A DNA stretch of 54,268 bases from Octopus bimaculoides (GCF_001194135.2 NC_068982.1:92273767-92328034), one strand, 5' to 3'. Positions 1-13,743 are shown, counted from the stretch's first letter. Program-made: numbers and translations. The notes: generated from the letters alone by a model not told the origin.

Positions 1-243
1 GACACATGAGGTTTCTCGAGCGAGATGAGCGTGGCCGTTGCCAGTACCGCCTGACTGGCCTTCGTGCGGGTGACACGTAAAAGCACCCACTACACTCTCT
101 GAGTGGTTGGCGTTAGGAAGGGCATCCAGCTGTAGAAACTCTGCCAAATCAGATTGGAGCCTGGTGTAGCCATCTGGTTTCAGTCAAATCGTCCAACCCA
201 TGCTAGCATGGAAAGCGGACGTTTAAACGACGACAACGATATA
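1..243 (+). repeat. RTE 3'-end (3' UTR) fragment
   Basis: Near-identical to 34345-34565. Same family as the 3' UTR of the 27227 RTE; ends in a (GAC/GAT)n tail. Confidence 0.8.
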
Positions 244-486
244 TACAGCTTAGTGAAAGAAGGAAGGACAATGCTCATGATCCTTCTTTATGTTTTCAGG
301 GCCTGCAAATCTGGTGATAAAGAAAAGAGGAAATTATCTTCAAACAAGAGATACGGCCTAAATGCTTGCAACAAAGTGAATTCCACTAATAGCAAGCTCC
401 CAGGGACTAAATGGTAACCAAACAAGAGATTGTCTATCACCCCATGACTCAGAACACAAAGGGCCATAACAAATACTGGAAGGCAC

Positions 487-1325
487 TTTACTCTTTAACT
501 CTTTTACCTGTTTCAGTCATTTGACTGTGGCCATGCAGGAGCACTGCCTTTAGTCAAGCAAATCGACCCTGGGAATATTCTTTGTAAGCCTAGTACTTAT
601 TCTATCTGTCTCTTTTGCCGAACCGCTAAGTGACAGGGACATAAACATACAGGCATCAGTTGTCAAGCAATGCTAGGGAGACAAACACAGACACACAAAC
701 ACACACATATATACGACGGGATTCTTTCAGTTTCCATCTACCAAATCCACTCACAAGGCTTTGGTCGACCCGAGGCTATAGCAGAAGATNNNNNNNNNNN
801 NNNNNNNNNNNNNNNNNNNNNNNNNNNNNNNNNNNNNNNNNNNNNNNNNNNNNNNNNNNNNNNNNNNNNNNNNNNNNNNNNNNNNNNNNNNNNNNNNNNN
901 NNNNNNNNNNNNNNNNNNNNNNNNNNNNNNNNNNNNNNNNNNNNNNNNNNNNNNNNNNNNNNNNNNNNNNNNNNNNNNNNNNNNNNNNNNNNNNNNNNNN
1001 NNNNNNNNNNNNNNNNNNNNNNNNNNNNNNNNNNATATTCTTTGTAAGCCTAGTACTTATTCTATCTGTCTCTTTTGCCGAACCGCTAAGTGACAGGGAC
1101 ATAAACATACAGGCATCAGTTGTCAAGCAATGCTAGGGAGACAAACACAGACACACAAACACACACATATATACGACGGGATTCTTTCAGTTTCCATCTA
1201 CCAAATCCACTCACAAGGCTTTGGTCGACCCGAGGCTATAGCAGAAGATGCTTGCCCAAGATGCCACGCAGTGGAACTGAACCCGGAACCATGTGGTTGG
1301 TAAGCAAGCTACTTACCACACAGCA
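487..1325 (-). mobile_element. tRNA-derived SINE (CORE-like central domain), split by an assembly gap
   Basis: Minus strand reads GCTGTGTGGTAAG...GGTTCAGTTCCACTGCGTGGCATCTTGGGCAAG (A/B boxes plus a CORE-like TTGGGCAAG). Confidence 0.8.
575..1249. other. Assembly gap (790-1034) with an exact 215-bp duplication on its two flanks
   Basis: 575-789 is identical to 1035-1249. Confidence 0.9.
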
Positions 1326-3174
1326 GTTTTCTAATATTTCCACTAATCTACTGCCTTGAACTGGTTTTTATTCTGTCAACCATGAAATGATAAAAAGTGT
1401 ACTTGATTTTACCCAGATTTGAACTTCTATGCTCCAAGGATTCTGCCAATTTGCTACCTATGAGAATTAGCAACCAAATTTCCCTCAAATCACAACCTTC
1501 TATCTTAAAAAGAGAAAGAGACACATAAATTTATTTAAAGACATTCCTACTAAGGCTTTCAAATCAAGTTTTAATTGCTGTATGGTAAAAGCTACATCAT
1601 CTAATTTTTACAAATTCTGGATTAATAAAAGATGTTTTCCAAAAAAACTAGAATAGTGGTTTTTCTATCCTTATCCAATTACTGTGAACTTTGCCTGCTT
1701 GTTGCTGCTATTAAGATCTTTGATATCATTCTTCTGTCATTACTGCTATGATAAAGATACATACACTTTATTGACAAAGCCATAGTGACTTCTCTGCTCA
1801 TGGATCAAATCTTCATGCTCACATACTTCCTGCAAAAGGAATACTCATTCCAACAGTTCATGGTCATCACTTATATAAACTTTAGCCTAATGCCAGTCAC
1901 AAGAGTATCATGGATATTGATGGTAAACCCACCAAAACTATCTCACCTAATAAAGGAATACTCTGTTAGACTGTAGGAACCAAAATTACATCAAACAGAG
2001 AAGAGAGCCATGTATTGGAATATTAAATTGGTTTATGATAGGGATGTGAACTTTCACTTTTCAACAATGTGATCAAGTGGTTGCTATCCATTAGTTTTAG
2101 GAGTGATAGTCCTTCTAGATCAGTGTTCTTAACCTGGACAGCAGTGACCCCTTGGAGGAATTGTGAGCTCACGAGAGATGAATATTGGGTATTTGGGTGA
2201 GGTGGAGTATGATTTTCCTGAGAAATATAGAAACATATTTAAGTTAGAATAAACACGCTTATATCATTTGTTCGTAGATATGTTTCACCATTGTGGTTGT
2301 TAGGAACTCTGCATTGCATGCTTAACCACAGATCATCAGGGGAACACTTTATTGCATTATAATACAAAGAACTAAAGTCTGAAGCATATTTGATAAAAAA
2401 CAATCTTTGTCAGGATTAAAATATAATTACATTTCCTCTTATAATGATAAAAGGAAATGAATGGGTCAAACAGTGAGACAAAATGAATATTGAAGTAACA
2501 GTAGCAGATGTGAGATATAAAAAAAACAAATCAAGCTGGGCAGTAGAATTAGACTCTTAAGAAGACAGAAAAGCATTGTGTGAAGGTATGAATTGAATAG
2601 GAAAGGGGAAAAGAGAGAGAGAGATTAGACTAAAGCTAGAAAGCTGAGAGAGAAAACAGATGAAAAGAGGAAAAGAGAGGAATGGTGAAAGCTTGCTAAG
2701 AAATATATAAATAGGGGCAAAATATTGTTGCATAGTGTTGTCATCAAAATAAAATAAAAGAAAAAGCATGGACAATAGATTAAAGCACAAGACGATATAA
2801 ACAAACGAACTATACCCTTTCATCAGCTGTTGATTGAAGTTCAAGATATATTAACAGAATTGCTCACTTTCAAAGTTCCCAGGATGGCATCCAAGGCAGG
2901 GCAACATGTATACACAAATTAATAAATTAGTTCATATGGTTAAGACAAACAGAACACTGGTCAAATCGGCAAAATATTAAACAGTAAAGTCTTTTGACTC
3001 GAAAGAAATCTGTTCTCTTTCTCCTTACCTAACCATTCAATTCTAATATTCCCACAATGGGAGCAGCAGCTTCTAGTAAGAAATGACTTGGATCATGGTG
3101 ACCTGTCCAGCTTATGCCAGTATTGAAGGTAAATGTAAAATGATAACATTTATATATAAATAATTGTGTCAGGA

Positions 3175-3219
<45 letters not shown>

Positions 3220-3344
3220 CCTCTGTACATGCAGATATTTCCCATCAAACATACCTCCACCTATACTCCCATCTCTTACTCTCTCCTCCTCAGTCCTAAC
3301 CCACTGTCTGTATCCTCTCTTACATTCACCTTCATGTCCCTTGC

Positions 3345-3628
3345 AAGTTTACTCTTTTGCCGAACCGCTAATTTACGGGGACCTAAACACACCAGCAATT
3401 GGTTGTCAAGCGATGTTGGGGGGACAAAGACACACACACAAACACACATATATATACATATATACGACGGGCTTCTTTCAGTTTCCGTCTACCAAATCCA
3501 CTCACAAGGCTTTGGTCGGCCTGAGGCTATAGTAGAAGAGACTTGCCTAAGGTGCCACGCAGTGGGACTGAACCCGGAACCATGTGGTTGGTATGCAAGC
3601 TACTTACCACACAGCCACTCCTGCGCCT
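3345..3628 (-). mobile_element. tRNA-derived SINE, same family as 487-1325
   Basis: High nucleotide identity to 1068-1325. Confidence 0.8.
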
Positions 3629-3659
3629 ATTATATATATATGTATATATAATAAATAGA

Positions 3660-3825
3660 TGTTTCCTTCTCAAGCCATGCCAGGCTCATGAGGGCTGGTT
3701 CTCCAGTTTCCATAGCGCATACATTCCCGACCTGGGCAGGATTACTCATTTTTGCTCAAAACGCTTCACCCGGTCCAGGAATCGAAATCATGAGTCCAAC
3801 ACTCTAACCACTAAGCTACGCACCT
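3660..3825 (-). mobile_element. tRNA-derived SINE of a different family
   Basis: Minus-strand head GAGGTGCGTAGCTTAGTGGTTAG...TTCGATTCC (A and B boxes). Confidence 0.55.
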
Positions 3826-4104
3826 CTACTCTACATATATATTCTTTTTAACATCAAACCTAAGGCTGTGACCATGCTGGAGCACCACCAGTGATTGATA
3901 TATATATATATATATATCCCCATACATATACATCCTTCTTTCAGTCAGTTTACCAAATCCACTCACAAGGCTCTGGTGGATCTGGGACTGTGGTATAGAA
4001 CCCAAAATCATGTTTTGGGAAGCTAGCTTCTTAACCAACCATCTATGTTTACACCTAAACATACTAAGGTCTCATAGACATTATATGTATGTGTAATTAT
4101 ATTT

Positions 4105-4462
4105 GTTTCAGTCATTTGACTGGCCATGCTAGAACACCACCTTCAAGGGTTCTAAGTGAAACAAATCAACCCCAGGACTTATTCTTTGTAAGCCTAGTAC
4201 TTCTTCTATCGGTCTCTTTTGCCGAACTGCTAAGTTATGGGGACATAAACACACCAGCAACAGTTGCCAAGCGATGGGAGAGGTTCAGATACATACATAT
4301 ATATGATGGGCTTCTTTCAGTTTCCATCTTCCAAACCCATTCACAAGGCTTTGGTTGGTCCGAGGCTATAGTAGAAGACACTTCCCCAAAGTGTCATGCA
4401 GTGGGACTGAACTCAGAACCATGTGGTTGGAAAGCAAGCTTCTTACCACACAGCCAGGCCTG
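4105..4462 (-). mobile_element. tRNA-derived SINE (CORE-like), older copy
   Basis: Similarity to 505-1325 over its length. Confidence 0.75.
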
Positions 4463-4639
4463 CACCAATATATTTTAATCATCTTTGTTTGATGTCCATG
4501 TTACATACTGGCATGGGTCAGATGGTTGGATCCATCAGATAACTTGGTATCTGATGGTTGCAAGGTTCCAGTGACTGTTTTTGCATGGTTGCTGCAACTG
4601 GGTGATTTTCCTAACACCAACCACTTTATCATCTGAAAT

Positions 4640-4900
4640 TAGTGTGTCATCATAGACTATTCAAGTAGGGGGCTGTTGATTGGGACATGTCCAGGTACAG
4701 GTGGTTTGTTAGGTATCCCTTGAAGATATTTGTCTAGATATTGTTTGAAAGTTACAGCATCTTTGATTTACTTTGGGATAGAAAGAAACTGTGCTACCAA
4801 GTGGTTATATTGTGAGCTTGATTTGTGTAGTCTTTAGGAGAGAATATAGAAATAGCAATATATGTAGTGATATTTAGTAACATTTCTTACAGCAGCAGAA
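4640..4900 (-). mobile_element. Degenerate 3' end of a CR1/L2/Jockey-group LINE
   Basis: Translates to ...IKDAVTFKQYLDKYLQGIPNKP, the FK..LD..L..IP..P terminal RT motif. Confidence 0.45.
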
Positions 4901-5499
4901 TAATACACTAGATAGAGAGTAATTGAAGAATGATGTTAAAGGTTATGTAAGGAGAGAGTGAGATGGTTATCAACAAGAATGGGAATTGGTCAATAGGAAG
5001 GAATAATGGATGTTAATAGCAAGTGGGGAAGGAGAAACCTAGTTGTCTGGATAGGTGAGGAGGATGAAGCAGAAATTGTAGATTTGGCAGGGACTCAGTA
5101 CACATTGTAAGCCAGTCACAATATGCTAATGCAACTGGGTAGATATTTTAGCACTGCACATCAACCATCTCAATCATTTCTTCAGTCTTACCATTCAAAG
5201 ATCAACCTTCAACATCTACTCCTTCTGCAGGTTCCATCTACTGTGAAGGTTTTTCATTTCTTTGTACAACTATCCTTCTGTATACACTTCACATGCTGAA
5301 GCCAAGTTTGCAAATCTCATTCCACTTATACCTTTTTTCCCCTTCAACACAAGCTATCAACCATATATATTAACACTGCACATCCAGCAACATCATGCTT
5401 GCTTTCTACTTTTCACAGGTCCACTAAACCTACATTTCAAAATTATGCAGCATTGCCTTCATAAACAAGCATCGTCTCCGAGAGAAAGGCCTTTGTTAG

Positions 5500-5700
5500 T
5501 TCTCTCCACCATCCTTACCCTGGCTACTGTACTTACAGAACCTCCTACTAGATAACTTTGGGGATCTTCCTGTGATCGTTTTTGCTTCTGCACATCTGCA
5601 ACTGTATTTTGCAGTTAACCTTCCAATGTCTCCACTGCACCATGTCTTAGATTGCACTGGTTACACACTTAACTACAAATTTCCTATATATCAAACCAGG
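5500..5700 (-). mobile_element. Degenerate RTE fragment (Cys-rich finger region)
   Basis: tgtaaccagtgcaatcta...tgcagtgg...gaaggttaact resembles the finger segment of the 53166 copy. Confidence 0.45.
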
Positions 5701-8700
5701 CTATCTACCTGAAGGAATAAGCATACTACTTTCTAAAAACTCACCTTTTGCATCCATGTCTGTAATTTCTTTACTAATTGTAGTTATCTTTGATGACTTG
5801 GTTGAGAACTGATAACTAGGGCCCAGTGGAGCCAACCTGCACACTAAATTAATCAATGTACTTCCTCTCACCAACTTTGCACAGCTTCTACAAGCTATGT
5901 CCACTAGCTTCCATGGCCAGGTATAACAAACTTGAAGCAGTTGTCTCATTACTGCTTCCTGGTACAAAGCCTCACAGGATTTCATATAAGCTAATTCTCT
6001 CAATCTTTTTTCGCAGACTTTCATAGCATTGCACTTCCTTACATCCTTGGTTCATCTGTAAAGCTTATTACCAGGAATTGCTTTTACCTCAGGCAATATT
6101 GGGTGTTTCGAAAAGAGACTTGCTGTATGAATAGCAGAGCTTCTTCCTTGGAAAGTAGAAGTTCAAGGTGCATGTACAGTCAACCCTAAATGAGAGGCCT
6201 TACAGTTGTGTGTATATTATGCATGTGCTTATTCTTCTGCTTGTTTCTGAAACAAAATGCACCTCTATAAACCAACTAGTACTAGAATGTCTGGTACTTA
6301 ACAGTGCACGTTAACAGGCTAAGTTCTTTAGCTCTGGTCACACATGATCAAAGGCATTTTCAAGTATGACCTCTTCACTACCTTATATAATCTTCAGCAT
6401 GGTGTAATTTGAAGATTTGGCTGAAATTTCCAGCAAGAAACTTTGAGCAGATTACCTCCAGGTGTATATTTTACCTTTGTACTAATTCATTTTTAATTAT
6501 TTAGAGATTTGAAATTTAACCTTTTATCGTATATGTAATCCTTAATCTCGTTTTAAATTAGCTATGCATTACCTTGTAGCTTTGAGATTTTGTTGATGTG
6601 ATTGTTTATTGTTTTTTAGAATAACATCATTGGGCCAAATCTGATCAGGAATGTGGGGGCCAGATTCAAGTCATCACCAATCAACATTCACATTTAAATT
6701 TGTAAATAGAGACGAGCACAACACAAGAAAAATCCCTCTTGCTACACACCACTAATCTCAAATTCAAGCTCTTTGTTCCAAAATTTTAACTGGAGCATTT
6801 ACTCTTCCTTTCCAAATGTTTTTTTTTTTTTTTTTTTACCCCACATCAGAAGGCTTTGGTACTATGCCCCTTGCAGATTAAGCCACCGTAACAAATGTTT
6901 CCTTTTAAATCCTACTTCATAATCTAAGAAAGGAAAAAGCACTGGACAGTTAAGTCATGGATGTATATTTTGACATCAATAGAACTGCAAGTTTGAAGAC
7001 TTCCTGTCATACAGTTAGGTCCAACTAGTGTATTGGCAATCCACATGTTGCACTAACTCCAGTTAATACCTGATGAAGTAGCTATAGGACAATCAAAGAC
7101 TTATATTTATGAACATAACTGTGTATCAAGGATATTTTCAATGCATTGTCCCTACTCATGCAGTACTGTATGATTTGAAGATTTAGCTGTTATATCTAGC
7201 AACTGTAGATGACAAGTAACAGAAATAGCATTTCCAGAATTCAACTGGAGCAATAAAATGCAGTAGACCTGATGAAGACAAAGTACAACTATCTCATTTG
7301 TATGTAACTGACTGCGTGCATATCATTTTTGAGCAATGCTTTCACTGTATAAAAATAATAAGCTCAGGATAGAAATCTACTGGTTTATGTATGCTGTGAG
7401 ATCTACTGCCAATCTACAGTCCACGAAGAAGCGCAACTCCCTCAAACAATTTTAATTTTTTAAAGTTACTAGCAATGTAAATGCCAAGAAAAGACATCTA
7501 CAATTACAAGCCATGCATGAACATGTATTTTCTAAATTGTTTTCATTGTGCATTACTACACAAGAGCCACACTCAGTTCAGATAACATCCAGATAAAAAC
7601 CCACTATCACTTTTTATTTTACTGCTGAAGGTAACATGGGTTAAAGAAACCAATGTATATCGTAGCAAGATGCTGTTCCTGACAATAAAATTAACATTGT
7701 ACTTTTCAGTTCAAGCACTGACCTATGCAAAACTGCAAAGTAGACTTGAATAAACACCAGTTATTCCTATAGGTAATTGAATTATTAGCTCTGAATTTAA
7801 AACTGACAAACACTAAATAAAACACATTCAGAGCAAACTTATTTGTATCAGTAAATAGTAGGTATAAAAAGTTTACAAAGTGGAATAAATTATTTTGCTG
7901 CTGTAAGGAAGATTACACATTGAGCAGAATTCCTTGAAAGAATTACCACTAGTGACAATCATATTTAAGCTAATAAATACTGAATACTCCCCCCCCCCTG
8001 TCATTAATAAGAAATTCCAGTAATACATGACAAAATAATTTATTCCAATTTATGAACTTTTCTACAAATGTTTGTGTATGGATGATTTTGCTAGCCTTGT
8101 AACAATACTTAAGAACTTCCCTTAAAAAATAGATATCCACCTGAAACTTTTGACATAATTCAATTATAAAATTAATGCCAGTACCAAAATTCATCTAAAT
8201 CTCAAGTTTGAACAATGTACTATTTGCTATATTAGCATGAAGTTTCCATAACATCACAACATCTTCAAAGTTATGTGGATGAAGAATGTATACACTTGAT
8301 GCCATACCATTCTATCTAAGGCAGAGGCAGTTAGGTACCTCACATTGTAGACTAGTGACAATCAAGCATAGGATAAAATTTCTAAAGTTTTAAATAATAT
8401 AATAGAGCTGAAATACCTAGTCAGAACCAGACCAGTGTATGTGTTTATAGATATATATATATATATATATATATAAATACACACACATCCTAACTAGTGA
8501 CCCATCAGAAGCCTTCAGAACAAAATGCAATACTTAACCAGCAGCTAATTAGAATAAAGTCGATACTAATAAAGACAAAGCTTATTTAAAGTAACTGTCA
8601 CAAAATCTCAAGTAAAAACTGAAATTAAACTTCCATTACAACTCACAGAGAAGACCTTAACATTAAAAATATAGTCAAACCAGCTAGACAACATACAATT

Positions 8701-9015
8701 GGACAACCAATATACTTTTGAGATACCTTCATATCACCTATCCAAGCACTTGAAAAATGCACATAAAGGAAATCCCTGAAAGAAAACATTTCAAGTCTAC
8801 TTACAACATCATGTTGTTGCTGAACCAGATTGAATATTGGGAACACAGGAGGAATAAAATACTTTGAAAAAGTTTTTAAAACATTTGAATATATACTGGA
8901 AAATCTCATAGATGAAAGGAAAATTGTAGATAACAAAAACAATGGTTAGCAGAATTAATCTTTAATTTCATCAAATTACTCAGAAATCATCCAACACCGT
9001 TGTCGCATCGAACGG

Positions 9016-10477
9016 TTTATTTCAGTTTAGAAATACAGTAGTTTGGTGTCAATTTGTTAATCCCATTTACATTGAAGACGAGAAAATTGGAATAAAACAC
9101 AAGTTTACCCTCACAAACTGCCTGGTTATATGTAGCAGCCAGCAATTGACAAATCAGATTTGGGAAAATATTTGCTATGCAGAAGTATAAATTACTTAAG
9201 AGCACTAAAAAAAGAGGGAAAAAAAGACAAAAGTACAAGAAATATTTAAGATGAACTCATGGAAGTTGGGAAATTTTTCATTTAGTAAATAATGTACTCC
9301 CTACATTCATAAAACTTTAAAAAAAGAAAACCCACTACACACATTGTTCTACAATGATTTCTAAAACAACTGATACAAGTAAAATGTTTTATTACAAATA
9401 GCATTATTCTAGAAAACAAAGAAAACACTAATTAAAAAAAAAAACTAAAGTTGACAAAGTTTTATAGCTAAAAATAACTTCAATAAATCAATAAACAAGG
9501 TTCTATATAAATGCAAATCATCAAGTTGACAAGCAAAAGCTCACTGAGCAATTGTTTAAGAACCTTTCCATGGTATAGACATATAAAAAAATATTGAGTC
9601 TCACGGGGATAATCGTTGCTGCCAGTTCAGTTGATATCAACTGAATTTTTAAATAAACCAAAGTTACAACTGTTCGAGTCAGAAAGTAAAAGCTGTCCTA
9701 AACTTAAATCTTTAAAATGTAATCAACTGTTTTTGTTTTTTTTTAACTCTATTCCAATTGAATGAAGTGAATATCTAATTACAACATTAAAAATAAAAAT
9801 ATCCATAACAGAAGAAACTAGACAAATTAGCTGTGCTTGGTGTCAACAAAAGCAGTAACTAAAATTAACACTTCACCTTCAAATACAAACTACTGTCGAA
9901 TGTTTAAGAACTTCAGAAGGCAAAAACAAAAAAATGCCAATATACAGTTGGGTCAAGTGTTTTAAAGGAGATAATGCTTTAGAAATGAAATGATGAAACT
10001 GAATGGGGAAAGGAAGGGGATAGGAAAAAAAAAAAAGAGAAGATATCTGAATGTCTTTGTCCTTTATTGAGAAACCCCTGTTGAAAATGTGATGAATTAA
10101 TGAACGTGAAGGAGGTCAAAACGTGTTGAAAAGAAAGGGCGGGAAATGTTTTCTTCATTTTAGCAAAAGTACAAAGCAACTCTAAAAGGGTGCCCAAAGT
10201 GAAGTGATGGACAGTTTATTGATGACAAAAAAATTAATAATTAAAAAGGAAAAAAAAAGAAAAAATATATATATATAGTAGAGGAAAAATGAAAATAGGG
10301 GAGATGAGAAGACATTACTTTTGTCTTGAAACTACAAGAGACAGTCAGAGGCTGAAGTGGGTCAACACAGGAGGAATGTCGATACTGAACCACTTTGTGA
10401 GGCTGGTAACAAACTAGCAACTGTCAATACTACACTTAGTACTGCAATAGTACCAGTTATGTTGTGAATGACTTCAA
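9016..10477 (-). other. SET: Probable SET 3' UTR with several candidate poly(A) signals
   Basis: Unique AT-rich sequence after the stop. Minus-strand AATAAA at 10215-10220, 10062-10067, 9388-9393 and 9016-9021. The true 3' end cannot be determined. Confidence 0.45.
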
Positions 10478-10546
10478 CTAGCCTTCTTCTTCCTCCTCAT
10501 CTTCAGCGGCATCACCTTCACCTTCCTCTCCTTCTTCCCCAACATC
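10478..10546 (-). CDS. SET: SET coding exon 8 (DVGEEGEEGEGDAAEDEEEEEG*)
   Basis: CTCTCTCATAG acceptor, TAG stop at 10480-10478. The 8 exons sum to 837 nt = 278 aa + stop. Confidence 0.9.
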   Translation of the reverse strand, partial: DVGEEGEEGEGDAAEDEEEEEG

Positions 10547-10675
10547 CTATGAGAGAGGGAAAAAAGTGTAAACTTGTACTTTGTGAAGTGATCGATTAAA
10601 TAAAAGCAAAGTAAACTATAATCTCCCTTATATAAAAAAAAAAAACAATCAAGATAAATATCACTGGTTACTTAC

Positions 10676-10743
10676 TTCTTCATCAAAATCCTCTGCTTCT
10701 TCACCTTCTTCATCATCTAAGCCTTCCTCATCTAATTCCTCAT
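10676..10743 (-). CDS. SET: SET coding exon 7 (acidic tail, DEELDEEGLDDEEGEEAEDFDEE)
   Basis: CTTATTTCAG acceptor, GTAAGT donor, 68 nt, phase 1 to 0. Confidence 0.9.
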
Positions 10744-11156
10744 CTGAAATAAGATACATAGATATGTTCAAACTTGGTCATATGAATATCTTGGAACAAC
10801 ATAGATAAACAAAATAAGATAAAAATAATTTTTTTTATCCTATCAGTCTAAATGCAATTTTCACATTAGAAGAAAAAGCCTGAACAGTTTATTTCAAGTG
10901 ACAGTTTAACTTCCTCAGCAATTTAATATCATTTTACATCGAGTTTTCCGAAATATAAACAAAATGAGGTCTAAAGCTCAAGTATTACACACTGAAACCC
11001 ATCACATCAATCAGAATTAAAAAGATTCTCTTTTGCAAATAGCATAAAGGCCCAATAGAATGCCAATTAAGTAATTCTTTTCTTATTTAAAAAAGTCTTG
11101 CTTTGTCTAACAAAATACAGCAATGATTAAAGCAAAATTCATAGAAAAATACCTAC

Positions 11157-11196
11157 CCTCTCCTGCACCACCTTCATCCTCCTCTACTTCTGATGC
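11157..11196 (-). CDS. SET: SET coding exon 6 (acidic tail, ASEVEEDEGGAGE + 1 nt)
   Basis: TATTTTCAG acceptor, G|GTAGGT donor, 40 nt. Phase 0 to 1 fits exon 7. Confidence 0.85.
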
Positions 11197-11887
11197 CTGA
11201 AAATAAAATATTTAGTGTTACTTCTTATACTTTTAATGTCAGACTAAATGAAATGCACACTTTATTATGATATTAAAGACAATTTATTCTTTCAAAGATT
11301 ATCTTATAAAAGATTTAAGTCACAATATATATTTTTAGAAGTATATAAAAGCCTTGTTGGAAAATGGTAAGAATACAGGCTAGGACTTTAAACATACGAT
11401 CTCAAATTACATAAAATAAAACATCAGCTAAAATGTATAAATTTGTGAAATAACTTAGTAAATGGGGAATAACACAAATTAGACACTGATAATCACAGCT
11501 ATTTCATTGTTTTCATTATTCTGAGGTCAAATATTCTTAATCTCAACCATAAGCGATAGAATATAAAAATCATGAAATCAATAATAGAAATTACATAAAA
11601 TAGTTTTTCACCCCATTTTAGAGTAAGCTGTAACTAGTTTTATTTGACAAAGGCAACCTTATGGAAAATCCACCTGGGAAGGGATAAACAATCATTTTTA
11701 ACGGAACTAAAATAGGATGCAGGCTATGACCACAGTCAAAGTGCTTATGCCTACCAAACAGCTAGTGAAATAGTAACAATCATCAGTCTAAAATTGCTAA
11801 TATCTTGCAAAAAGTAATTAATTCCTGAGTATAATCATTACAGAATGATTGGAGGAGGGGTAATATTCAATTAGAGATGGAAATTAC

Positions 11888-12055
11888 CAAATAGTATTGC
11901 AGAGGGTTTGGCCAGATGTCGTCCTTGATCACCTCTCCTAGTTCATCAGCTCCTGCATCACCATGATCAGTAAACCAACAGAAGAAAGATTCTTGCTCCT
12001 CATGGTTTCTTTTGCGACCACCTTTGCCTGGTTGACTGGATTTTTTGGTCAAGTC
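11888..12055 (-). CDS. SET: SET coding exon 5 ([56 protein letters not shown])
   Basis: SFFxWF and [14 protein letters not shown] signatures. TTTCAG acceptor, GTAATT donor, 168 nt. Confidence 0.96.
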
Positions 12056-12209
12056 CTGAAAGTAAAAACCATTTCCTCATATACATATATATTATATATA
12101 TGCCAGTATCAAACATGAACGTTAAATGATAATTCAATTTGATCAGTATCAGGAAGGAAATATGCCTGAATACTTTACATGAATTTTATGTATTAAAGAA
12201 ACGACTAAC

Positions 12210-12326
12210 TTTGCCTGGCTTCCATTTAATGGGCGTTGATTTAGATGAAGGTTCTCCCGTATCATTCAAATGGAATTCTTTTGAAATAACGTCATTCTCG
12301 AAATATGGATTATTGCTGTCAAAACA
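12210..12326 (-). CDS. SET: SET coding exon 4 ([39 protein letters not shown])
   Basis: NPYF-EN motif of the NAP family. TTTTTACAG acceptor, GTTAGT donor, 117 nt. Confidence 0.95.
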
Positions 12327-12552
12327 CTGTAAAAATGAAATTAAATATAACAAATCAAAACGGTCTAAATGATTTATTTGCAGTAAAACAGATATTATGA
12401 ATTAATGTTGAATGAAATACAATTTGGCAGAAGTCTATCGACAAACTTTCTTTTTAAGACAACTCGATTAATACTTGCTTACCAGCACTTCTGCATCGTG
12501 CTCATATTAAGTGTATATTCGATTACTATTTCATAAACATTACAAACAAATA

Positions 12553-12898
12553 GGCGCAAGCGTGGCTGTATGGTAAGAATTTTTTTCCTAACCACATGGC
12601 TCCAGGTTCAGTTACACTGCGTGGCACTTTGAGGCAAAATGTCTTCTATAGCCTCAGGCCAACCAAAGCTTTGGCAGACAGAAACTGAAAGAAGCCTGCC
12701 GTATATATAAGTATATATTTGTGTCTTTGGGTCCGTCTATACCTTTTCACCGCTTGACTACCGGTGTTTACGTCCCTGTAACAACCGTTCGACAGACCGA
12801 TAGAATAAGTACCAGGCTTTAACAATTACTGTGGAGCGATTCATTCGGCTATAAATTCAAGGCGGTGCTCTAGCATGGCCGCAGTCCAAAGCAGCTAA
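12553..12898 (+). mobile_element. tRNA-derived SINE in SET intron 3 (antisense to SET)
   Basis: GGCGCAAGCGTGGCTGTATGGTAAG head and body matching the 487-1325 family. Confidence 0.75.
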
Positions 12899-12992
12899 AA
12901 TGTCCTATTGGCTATTTTAATGTTCACATCTAAATGTGCTATCTTTACACAATCACCCACTGACGATTTAATAAAAATTAAAATCTACTCAC

Positions 12993-13115
12993 AAAATTTA
13001 TTCGGTAGCCTGACTTAATATCTTCAAATTCTTGAACCTCCACTTTTGTGAGGTATTGTAAGGCTTCTTCATCCTCTTCGTTTAACAGAGCAGAGACTTG
13101 CGGATGGTTTACAAA
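12993..13115 (-). CDS. SET: SET coding exon 3 ([41 protein letters not shown])
   Basis: Manual translation matches SET. AG/GTGAGT boundaries, 123 nt, phase 0-0. Not in the supplied ORF track. Confidence 0.95.
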
Positions 13116-13488
13116 CTTGTGAAGTTAAAGACAAATAACTGTTCAACATCAATGAAGCAATTCTAAAAATTAATCTTAATTTGATTTGAAAAATAAGTAA
13201 CGTTTGTTAATATGCTGACGGAGACAGCATCATTGAGAACAAGGACGATCTGCAACCACGTGGTTACGGGTTCGACATACTGCGAGGCACATTGGTCAAA
13301 ACGTAGTCCGTTGTAGCTCCGGACACACCAGAAAATTGTGCAATTCGCAGTGTACCAGTGCGGTGCATTCCTTTGTGTCGGAAAGGTAGCTTAACTATTC
13401 CATTAAGTGAAACAGATAAAAAAAAAAATTCAGATTTGAATCGTGTAAACTCAATCGGATTTCAAACACGTTAACAGTAACATTACTA

Positions 13489-13743
<255 letters not shown>

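Noticed and set aside
5701-6024. 107-aa ORF as a host gene
   Set aside because: No recognisable domain or splice context; adjacent to degenerate LINE sequence.
11153-11156. Downstream GT (11152) as the main SET exon 6 donor
   Set aside because: Gives phase 2, incompatible with the open acidic frame of exon 7; the 11156 donor fits.
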